Shown here: piece after piece, positions 54,170 through 64,000 of the stretch | Numbering within the stretch: the stretch's first letter is position 1 | How the letters are laid out: the number at the start of each line of letters is the position of its first letter | Source: Octopus sinensis | Lineage: Eukaryota | DNA length: 64,000 nucleotides | Direction: 5' to 3' | NCBI RefSeq assembly: GCF_006345805.1 | Contig: NC_043013.1 | Span: 9,982,001 to 10,046,000 of the forward strand | The notes under the pieces: model-generated | Databases searched by the model: none | What the model was told of the DNA's origin: nothing | Seen by the model: the letters and a program-made list of their open reading frames with translations, nothing else | Translations under genes and position numbers: made by a program

Positions 54170-54700
54170 AGCAACAAAGATATCCAGAGGTAATGCAGTA
54201 CGATCGTTTCATGCAACTCCATTTAATTGAACAATGCAATCATTTCATTACATCAATTTAAAATGTAGAGCAATCTTTAGCTGCACAAAGACATAGAATT
54301 TAAGTAAACTCAACTTAAATACTATATTCATCTGAATCTTAATTTATATATATATATATATATATAATATATATATATATGATATATGGGTAAAAATGTA
54401 CCTATGAGGTCCAGAACTCGAGTAAGCATTGATGTGATATATGTTTGATAAAAAAAATATTTCTTCAAATATTATTCTTCACAAAAATACAAGGATGCGA
54501 TATGAGGGGAGAATTTCTTTTCGCTCATGCATAGGAGTCGAATATCCTCTTGGAACGATCTCCGCTGCTAAAAGTCTTGTCGCGTTCAAATACGCTCGAA
54601 CGTGTTAAATATGATTATCTGGTGAGCGTGATTTCAATCCGTACGCCAGTCAGTAAATGTTTGCCTGTGTGTGAGTGTGCGCATACCTCTGTGTATGTGT

Positions 54701-54745
<45 letters not shown>

Positions 54746-55015
54746 ATGTACTTGTGCGTATGTCTATGTGCGTGCTTGCATGCGTGGGCATGTCTCTGTA
54801 TCAGGGTTTGTACAACCAGCGCCTCACGGCAGTGTTACTTCTGTCCTTTTAACCTAGCAGTTCAGCAAAAGAGAACAATGGTGTAAATAACAGGCATAAA
54901 ATATTGGTATTGACGTCCAATTTGTTCGCCTAAACTTTTGAATGCAATGTTCCGGTATGGCTGCAGTTCAGTGATTGAAATAAGTCAAAACATTAAAAGA
55001 AATATATAAATATAG

Positions 55016-55426
55016 AGGTGCAGAAGTGGCTGTCTGGTAAGTAGCTTGCTTACCAACCACATGGTTCCGGGTTCAGTCCCACTGCGTGGCACCTTGGTCA
55101 AGTGTCTTCTACTATGGCCTCGGGCCGACCAAAGCCTTGTGAGTGGATTTTGTAGGTCGAAACTGAAAAAGCTCGTCATATATATGTATATGTATATATA
55201 TGTGTGTGTGTGTGTTTGTGTGTCTGTGTTTGTCCCGTCCCCCAACATCACTTGATAATCGATGCTGGTGTGTTTACGTCCCCGTAACTTAGCGGTTCGG
55301 CAAAAGAGACCGATAGAATAAGTACTAGGCTTACAAAGAATAAATTCTGGGGTCGATTTGCTCGAATAAAGGCGGTGCTCCAGCATGGCCACAGTCAAAT
55401 GACTGAAACAAGTAAAAGAGTAAGAG
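55016..55426 (+). mobile_element. SINE family B (full length)
   Basis: aggtgcagaagtggctgtctggtaagtagcttgc...gtggcaccttggtcaagtgtcttc...gactgaaacaagtaaaagagtaagag. Confidence 0.85.
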
Positions 55427-55826
55427 TACGCAAGCATACACATACTTATACGCGCACACACAAACATATTGACTGACGTAAGGATTGAAATCACGCCCAC
55501 CAGATAAGTATATTTAACAGGTTTGAGTATGTTTCGATGTGATAAGATCTTCAGCAGCGGAGGTAGTTCCGAGAGAAAATTCATCGCTAGACATGTACAA
55601 AAGCACGTTTATTTTGACTGCGTATGACGTCATTGCATTGTAGGACGCATGAGTTTCTGCGCCGTTCTGCTTCATCACCTACCAAAACCAAATCTACCAG
55701 TTTGATATGAAAAATTGAATGAGAAGTATCTTACTTATGTGTTATATATAAGTTACGAAATTACGAGAAATCTACTGGTTACGACGGAAGGATGTAAGAA
55801 AAAAAAACTGCCAAATGTGTCAATAA

Positions 55827-56148
55827 AGACTCCGCCGGTTACGACGACGAGGGTCCCAGCTGATACGATCAACGGAACAGCTTGCTCGTGAAATTAACGT
55901 GCAAATGGCTGAGCATTCCACAGACACGTGTACCCTTAACGTAGTTCTCGGGGATAATCAGCGTGACACAGAGAGTGACAAGGCTGACCCTTTGAAATAC
56001 AAGTACAACTCATTTTTGCCAGCTGAGTGGACTGGAGCAACGTGAAATAAAGTGTCTTGCTCAAGGACACAACGCGTCGCCGGGAATCGAACTCACAACC
56101 TTACGATCATGAGCCGAATGCCCTAACCACTAAGCCACGCGCCCTCAC
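55827..56148 (-). mobile_element. Modular SINE: head X + tail 1, 11-bp TSD tgtgtcaataa
   Basis: TSD at 55816-55826 and 56149-56159. Head X (gtgtccttgagcaagacac...cagctggcaaaaatgagt) is followed by tail 1 (tgtacttgtatttcaaagggtcagcc...). Confidence 0.85.
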
Positions 56149-56286
56149 TGTGTCAATAACAGCCAAAATGAGAACACTAGCCTGTATACATCAGCTTATA
56201 ACTTATAATTTCTTAGAGAAATTCAGACGATACTTTTCTGTTCACATAGTTGAGAAATGTCTCGCGTAAAATGTTTACTTAAAATA

Positions 56287-56798
56287 CCGTAAATCCTCGA
56301 TTATAATCCGCATTTTTTTTTCAAAATTTAACGGTCAAAATCCCTAGTGCATTCTATATACGAGGTTTAAAATGAAAAATATTTTCTAAGCAATGTCCGA
56401 GTCTGTATTTGATGTCCGGCAATTATTATTCAGACGCATTTTGTGATGTCGGGTGTGAAAATACCTTAAGCTAAGCCTGAAAGCAATGAAGTCATAAAAG
56501 AATCATCCATAACTTGCAGTAAGCAACATTTATTAAACGTTATTACTGTTATTTCTTTATTTTCTGCAAACAAAATGCATAAAAAAGCTAGACGTTTGCA
56601 TTATGTTATATATACAATAATAACAAAGGACGTTACAGTATACATTTTTACAAACCAAAGACGTTTTATAGAACTCCTTGACTCAAGTAAGAGAAAGGGT
56701 GCGTATTATACACAAGGTTTAGGTTTTTCAGAGGTACAGCCCCCTAAAATTCCCCTGCGTATTATACTCAAGAGCGGACTATACTCGAGGGTTTACGG
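56287..56798. mobile_element. Tc1/mariner-superfamily MITE (512 bp) with TA target duplication
   Basis: Imperfect TIRs CCGTAAATCCTCGATTATAATCCGC / GCGGACTATACTCGAGGGTTTACGG, flanked by TA at 56285-56286 and 56799-56800. Confidence 0.85.
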
Positions 56799-57090
56799 TA
56801 TATCACGTTATGTCATGTTCATGATTTTTAAAAAGAAGGAAATATTACTATACAGGATAACCCCTGATAAGAGCATTAAAGAACTTAGTAAAAAAGGAAC
56901 AAAAGAAAAATGAAGAAAAAGTAAGAAAATTATGCGTACATTCTATGCATATTTCCCCTATTTTTAAGGTTCTGAGTAGAGACTGATAATTAATTAACAT
57001 AAAAATAAAAAAATAAATGCGCACTTTTTTAAAGCCTAGCCAGGCACATGGGTCCGGTTTCCCGGTTTCAATGGCGTATATGTTCCCCAG

Positions 57091-58956
57091 CCGTTGATGC
57101 AAGAAACAAGTGTTCCGATGTCGACGTTGATGGAAGAAGAGAGAGTTTATGTGGCCACATTGATGCAAGAAGCTAGAGTTTCGGTGGCGACATTGATGAG
57201 TTGAAGCAAGAAGGGGAAGTTTAGAAGCCAACGTTGATGCAAGAAGTGAGTCTTTAGGTGACGACGTTGATGCAAGAAGTGAGTCTTTAGATACCGACTT
57301 TGATAAAAGAAGCTAGTGAATAGATGCCGACGTAGATGGAAGAAGTCAGTGTGTAGATGGGGACGTTGATGGCAGAAGCGAGTGTTTAGGTGCCGACGTT
57401 CATGCAAAAAGCGTGTGTTTAGATGCCAACGTTCTTGCAAGAAGCGAATATTTAGGCACCGACGTTGATACAAGTAGCTAGTGCTTCAGTGTCGACGTTG
57501 AGGGAAGAAGTAAGTGTTTGTGTGCCCAGCTTGAGGAAGAAGGGAGTGTTTAGAAGCCGACGTAGATGCAAGAACCGAGTGCTAATGTGCCGACGTTGAT
57601 GCAAGAATCGATTTTTTAAGTGCAGAGGTTGATGGAAAAAGCGAGTGTTTAGGCGCAACGTGGATAAATTAAAGCAGGAAGGAGTGTTTAGATGCCAAAG
57701 TTGATATAAGAAGTGAGAGTTTATGCGCCGACGTTGTGGCAAAGAACGAGTGTTTAGTTGCCGATGCTGATGCAAGAAGTGAGTGCTTAAGTGCCAAAGT
57801 TGATGCAAGAAGCGAGTGTTTAGTTGCCGACGTTTATACAAGAAGCGAGTGTTTAGAGGCCGATGTTGATGCAAGAAAAGAGTGCTTAGGCAGCGAGATT
57901 GATGCAAGAAGCGAGTGTTTAGATGCTGACGTTGACGCAGTAACCGAGTCTTTATGTGTCGGCGTTAAAGCAAGAAGCGAGTTTTTAGATGCTGACATTG
58001 ATTAGAATCGAGTGTAGACATGTCGACGTTGATTGAAGGAGCATGTGTTTAAGTGTCGACGTTGATGCAAAAAGCGAGTGTTTAGATGCCGACGTTCATG
58101 CAAGAAGAAAGTGTTTAGATGCAGACGTTGAAGCAAGAAGTGAGTGCTTAGATTTGCTGGCGTTGATGGAAGCAACAATTATTTAGATGCCGACGTTCAT
58201 GCAAGAACCGTGTGGGTAAGTGCCGACGTAGACTGAAGAATCAAGTGTTTAGATGCCGACGTTGATGCAAGAAGCAAGTGTTTAGATGCCGACGTTGATA
58301 CAAGAAGCGAGTGTTTAGATGCCGACGTTGATACAAGAAGCGAGTGTTTAGTCGACGACGTTGATGGAAGAAGCGAATGTATACATGCCGACGTTGATGG
58401 AAGAAGCAAGTGTTTAGGTGCCGACGTGTACTGAAGAAACGAGTGTTTATGTGACGACGCTGATGCAAGAAGCAAGTGTTTAGGTGCCAGCGCTAATGCA
58501 AGCACCCAGTGTTTAGATACCGACTTTGATGGAAGATGCTTGTGTTTAGATGCCGATGTTGATGCCAGAGCGAATGTTTAGGTACTAACGTTGATGATTA
58601 GATGCCGACGTAGGCTCCGACGTTAATGCAAGAAGTTAGTGTTTCATTGCCGACGTTGATGCAAGATGCGAGTGTTTAAATTCCGACGTAGATGAAAGAA
58701 GCGAGTGTTTAAGCACGGACGTTGATGGAAGTAGCAAGCGTCTAGAGATGCTGTGGTTGATGGAAGTAGCGAGTGTTTAGATGCTGACGTTGATGCAAGA
58801 AACCATTGCTTAAGTTCTGATATTGATGGAAGAAGCAAGGGTTTAGGTGCCGAGGTTGATGGAAGTAGCAAGTGATTATGTGCCAACGTTGATGCAAGAC
58901 CCGAAAGTTTAGATGCAGACATTGATCCAAGAAAAGAGTGTTTAGGTGCTGACGTT
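57091..58956. repeat. Degenerate 33-bp tandem array, about 56 units (consensus GCCGACGTTGATGCAAGAAGCGAGTGTTTAGAT)
   Basis: The period is visible directly, e.g. 58255-58350. The ORF track shows 11-aa repeats ADVDARSECLD (+) and HQRRHLNTRFL / ASTSASKHSLL (-). Confidence 0.95.
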
Positions 58957-59044
58957 AATTACTTGTAGAGATGCGATATGTTGTTATGCAACCATAACAT
59001 ACTACAATTAATTTTAAACTACTTTTTTATTAGTCAATACCGCG

Positions 59045-59535
59045 TTCTACAGTTTTAGCAGTGCTTTTACATCACTTGCTTCGTATCCGAGACATCATAT
59101 GTAAACAAAGAATGAGATCGAAGATGAAAAAACGGTAATGGTCCGTATATGCCAAATTTCCGAAGTTTTTGGTTCTTCACAAGAACCCATCTAACCCCTT
59201 AATCATCCACGAACTCATTGCTTAAATAGCCACTAAATACAGTGGTGTAACATTATTGGATATACCAAACTTATATTTCTATTTAAGAGATGAGGATGTA
59301 TGTACATTATTCACATTATTTACATTATTTACAAATGACGGATATTTGTATTCATCTTATAATGTAAATTATGTTAATAATGTAAATAATGCACCAGACT
59401 TACATATTAAACACATTCCTGGAATTGCTCACTACCTTCTTTTCATCTTCGATCTCTTTGTTTGTTTACGTCTGACGTCACGGATACGAAATGTCGGAAC
59501 TAAAATCAGAGCTGGCTATAATTTCTGTAGAAAAT
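59045..59535. mobile_element. Old foldback/MITE-like element with about 60-bp imperfect inverted ends, interrupted by a PLE terminal-repeat remnant (about 59275-59395)
   Basis: 59080-59140 (ttcgtatccgagacatca...gagatcgaagatgaaaa) is the diverged reverse complement of 59431-59490. The interior matches the tail of the 3.0-3.8 kb PLE repeat (ttaagagatgagga...tacattatttac). Confidence 0.5.
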
Positions 59536-60506
59536 CTGTGGAGATGACATGAAAAATTATTACGTGTAGTTACAGGAATTGAACCAGCGTACACATGATC
59601 GTACCGTAACACCAGGCTACGCACACCAAACGAGTCTTGGTTTTTATGAGGTTTCAGCAATTCTATTTGGATTGGGGTCTTAATAACCATAGTCAGTAAT
59701 CATGATTATATTTGGAGTGTGGTCAGGAATTATGAACGAGATTTTCCGTGAATGTTCATAACAAATAAAAAAAAAAGCATATTTTCTTTCTTTCCTATGT
59801 ACTATGACTATTGAAAACATTTCCGTCACGTGAATTTGCAGGCGAATTTAAGTATCCATAACAATTTTGAATATATTAGAAGAAACAATAAACATAACGT
59901 TTATGTATATTTATATACTAAATTTCACCATAATGACAAGTTGTATTTAAAAGGCATATAAATGTAGTTAATATTCGCTAAATCTGTATTTTAAGCCTAA
60001 CGTTAGACATTTCCATATAAATTTCTTCACTTTCACATTACTACTGATATCAGAAATAAGCATTATAGTTATAAGAAATGGTTATCGGAAGCCAGCAAAT
60101 CGAATATTACCCAATATAAGATATATATTTATATCATATAGATATAAATAATGAATATGTCTGTAAAATAGTCAATTTCTTGTCATTTACTTATGAATAA
60201 GACCTGTATATATATAATATATATATATATATATAGATACATATGCATGTGTACGTATGTTTCTGTTTGTGTGCGGTATATTTAATTGTGTATACAGAAA
60301 TGTGTTTTTGCATATGGATGTGTGCCTATGCGTGTGTACGAAAGGTAAGTATTTGCCTACTATTGTCATACTAACATGTAAATAATCTGATACATATAAC
60401 ACACACACGCACACACACATATATAATATATATGAGTGTATGTATATGGGTATGCATTTATGTATATGATATACATATATATATATACATATATATATAG
60501 TACAAA

Positions 60507-60553
<47 letters not shown>

Positions 60554-60569
60554 ATATATATATATATAT

Positions 60570-60609
<40 letters not shown>

Positions 60610-60870
60610 ATATTTTAGAGATTTCTATCGGTTTGTTTCGAGACGCATAAATTATAGTGGTTATCGACAATTTTTTGTTTCGGCATATTTGGCATTAGAA
60701 TTTTTTTCTGCCCTTATCTTGTAAATATGTATAAATTTTTCCTTTAAAGGCATATTTTGATATGCTGGCCATTGATAAATATTTTTTCCCGAAAAAAAAT
60801 TTATCCTATATTAATTAAAAATATATATATTATATATATATATTATATATATATATATTATATATATAAT

Positions 60871-60916
<46 letters not shown>

Positions 60917-60920
<4 letters not shown>

Positions 60921-61123
60921 TAATCCAAACAAAAAAGCACAAAAAAAACACACAACACGCGAGGACGTGGAACAAATAAAGTATTATTGGACGCTCAGGA
61001 AAGGAAGGAAAGACTGAGGGTTTAACGTTTCGAGCGGAACTCTTCGCGGAAACATAGGAGAAGGAAAGATCCAGAGAAGGGAAGACAGAGGGAAAAAAAT
61101 CGCCAACGGTACACACGTGGTCA
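60917..61123 (-). mobile_element. Short PLE-derived element (family H2) with degenerate hammerhead at 61020-61053, between two (TA)n tracts
   Basis: Minus strand reads gttt-CCGCGA-A-GAGU(UCC)GCUC-GAA-ACGU-U-aaac; body aligns by eye to the 9515 and 18749 copies. Confidence 0.65.
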
Positions 61124-61144
61124 TATATATATATATATATTAAG

Positions 61145-61189
<45 letters not shown>

Positions 61190-61264
61190 CATATATACAT
61201 ACATATATATGTATGTATATGTTCATATGTGTGTGTATATATATGCACATATATGCATATGTGC

Positions 61265-61298
<34 letters not shown>

Positions 61299-62307
61299 AA
61301 AAGGGTTCTTGACAAATTGCGCTCGATTGGTCTTACGCTCTTTTCTCCGCTTCCGGACGCGTTCTGCCCTTCTAACTCTTCTCAGATGTTCACGGAGCTG
61401 ACCCTGGTAAAAGACCTTCCAGTATTTTCGAGGTGTATATGTGTATACCACAACATATCTTTTTCCCCATTGTTACCCTCTCTCTCTCTCTGTCTCTGTC
61501 TCTGTATACACATATATGTATGTATATGTATATGTGTGTATGTGTGTGTGTTTATCTTTTATCATTTATGTTGTACTCGGTGCAGTCGTTGGAATATGGC
61601 CATAGCAGGGCACAACCTTGAATCGAACAAATCGACCCCAGCAATTTATATTTTAAGTGTGGTAATTCTAGAAGTTTCTTTTGACCTCATGTACCATCCT
61701 CAAATATCGTACCCCTGCAGCGAAATGATGACAGCACAACGGATATCTTACCGATCGAGCTCTAGTTCTGGTGCTTGGACGGTATTTGATCAGTTTTCGT
61801 TGAGCAAAGCCACCTGAATGGCTTAGATCGGGTCTATGGTAAAAGATTCTTGCCATGGATGCTTCGCAGTGGGACTGAGCCCGGAAACCTGTTGTTGGGA
61901 AGCAATCGGCTTACCACATACCCACGCCTGTTATTACGGATATATGTTGAAAAAGAAAGAATGGACACATGACGGAATGAATTTTTATGAGGCAGTTAAT
62001 ATACTTGAGAGTCTCTATGAATATTGTAATACAAAAATATTTATACATTATCATGCAAACTAAATCTCTATCATAACGTTGCCTTACTCATCTGCGGGTT
62101 AGATTATGTATGTATGTATGTATGTATGTATGTATGTATGTATGTATGTATGTATGTATGTATGTATGTATGTATGTATGTATGTATGCATACATGTGTG
62201 TGTATATGTACACAAATATACATATATATATATATAATATAAAATCATTCATATATATGTATGTATATATATAATATGTTATATATATATATATATATAA
62301 TATATAT

Positions 62308-62349
<42 letters not shown>

Positions 62350-62409
62350 TGACAGAGAGTGTGCGTGAGATACATACAAATTCGAATATAGGTATATATA
62401 TATATACAG

Positions 62410-62475
<66 letters not shown>

Positions 62476-62869
62476 CATTGGTTGGTGCGTTTGACTTACA
62501 ACACACAATGTCTTGAAATACACAACGCCCCTTCAAAGTTGAGTAGGTTTGTTATACATGTATTCTTTTCTAACGTAGCCTTATTCACCAAAGTTAATTA
62601 TTAGATGTAATCAATGTGAAGGTTATATATATATATTAAAAAAGGAAAATACGCACACTAACATAGTTTTAATATAATTTTTACTATATCGACCGGTTTC
62701 GCAATCGCTATTCATGATATTATGTTTTACTTATTTGAATATATATTTTTTCTTAAGAAGAAATTTGGTCCATGTTGTGTGTGATGAAATTCCCGAGTGA
62801 ATGACTTCACAAGTAGACAAATATATATATAATTGAATAAGTTGGAGTCAATAAGAAAGATTATAGAAC

Positions 62870-63205
62870 ATTTTTTGTAATCATTACAATTGTTTTCCCG
62901 CAGAGTAGTTCTCCAGGTTCGCTGGTATTTGGTAATGTAACTGTTTCCCTGCATTATGAGATCTAGTAGTGTTTTCTCAGCTGATATTGTTTCTGTAAAC
63001 TCAAGTTTTCGGCTTCAAGCGAATCCTTTCTGTCTATCGTGGCTAGCGAGGTAGCAGTAAGCACCCGGTTTATCAAAAAGTGTATTGTGGTAGAAAGTTT
63101 GTTGATAAACTGCTTTCAATATATCAAAGTGAGAGGGTGGCTATGCTATGGTTGGCGAGTATGGAGGTTCAAATTAAAGGGAGTGCCATCCTATTTCTTT
63201 GAGCT
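62870..63205 (-). mobile_element. Highly decayed mariner-like transposase C-terminal relic
   Basis: Minus strand LKEIGWHSL*FEPPYSPTIA*PPSHF resembles GWEVLPHPPYSPDLAPSDF; downstream KYQRTWRTTLRENNCNDY loosely resembles KLPERW..V..NNG.Y. Confidence 0.45.
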
Positions 63206-63841
63206 ATTAATTTATACTTCATGGTCTGCCCTTCAAGAATTCACCGGTCATTTAAGTACATACACATCGTTCTGTATAGATCTACATATATACATACCCA
63301 TATATACACATACATGTTCTTACTAACATATATATCTCGTCTTTTTAAACACTAAGGTATGATTTTAGAGTGTTTTGGTTGGTATTTTCAAAAGGTCAAG
63401 CAGACAAAACTCACTGAAATTACTGCTCTGAAATTCAGCAAGGTATACAGGTATGGTACACAGAATCTTTCTGAATTGTTGGAGGTTATAGAGGAATGTA
63501 CACTTGGTATAAAAAGCCAGAAACTCTGAGGGTATGAGGAAGTCCATTACATTAATTCCCAGTAGTTGATTAGTATTTTATTTTAGAGACAAAGTTGACC
63601 AAGCAGAATTTGAACTCAGAACATAAAAATTCGAAAGAAATGCTACTAAGCATTTCGTTCGACTCGCTAACGAGTCTACTAGCTCGCTGCCTGTAAAATG
63701 TCGAGCCATGTAGAGGTCCTAGAAGAGGCTCCGAATTATATCTCTCATATCCCTCATGCCAAGGAAAAGAAAGGACGTATCAGATTATTAATCTGAGTTA
63801 TGTTGTTCCTTAAAAAATGGCGGTGCAGTAATGATTTAAAT

Positions 63842-64000
63842 CAGTCGTTCCCAGCGAATTGTTTTCGTCTATGGACCCTTTTGATTCCTATTTTACTCGG
63901 GTGGACCCTCATAACCATTCGATGTTTAAAAAAAAATCATGTTATATTTTTATAATTAAATATTATTAGGAATTGTATAAAAATTCAAATATTTTGTGTA
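63842..64000. mobile_element. Probable left end of a hAT-type element running off the window
   Basis: CAGTCGTTCCCAGC start resembles hAT TIR CAGTGGTTCCCAA; the partner end is not in the window. Confidence 0.35.

Noticed and set aside
57736-58005. ADVDAR motif suggesting ankyrin repeats
   Set aside because: The period is 11 aa, not 33 aa, the TPLH/helix pattern is absent, and the array contains stops.
57091-58956. CRISPR-like array
   Set aside because: Eukaryotic context, contiguous degenerate units with no unique spacers, and no cas genes.
61209-61817. 202-aa ORF
   Set aside because: A mosaic of microsatellite translation and SINE B remnants; no recognisable domain or splice context.

Overview
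AT-rich, microsatellite-dense animal genomic DNA. The repeat families and the Hox gene point to an octopus-type cephalopod, but the species cannot be determined from sequence alone. There is one 100-N assembly gap (21973-22072). The only host coding sequence I can support is the terminal, homeobox-containing exon of the lophotrochozoan posterior Hox gene Post2 (32411-32652, +). I found no upstream exon and no other Hox gene in the window. The rest is intron or intergenic DNA containing tRNA-derived SINEs, decayed mariner and Chapaev3-like transposons, MITEs, RTE LINE ends, Penelope-like element (PLE) remnants, minisatellites and local duplications. Almost all ORFs in the supplied track are microsatellite artefacts. 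The most interesting observations are: (1) a PLE relic whose inverted terminal repeats each contain a tRNA-like Pol III promoter upstream of an intact minimal hammerhead ribozyme; (2) further short hammerhead-bearing elements next to (TA)n tracts; (3) a 402-bp-arm near-perfect foldback in the presumed Post2 intron; (4) SINEs showing all four combinations of two heads and two tails; (5) a 33-bp unit array of about 56 copies. All family assignments come from motif recognition by eye, not from database searches.
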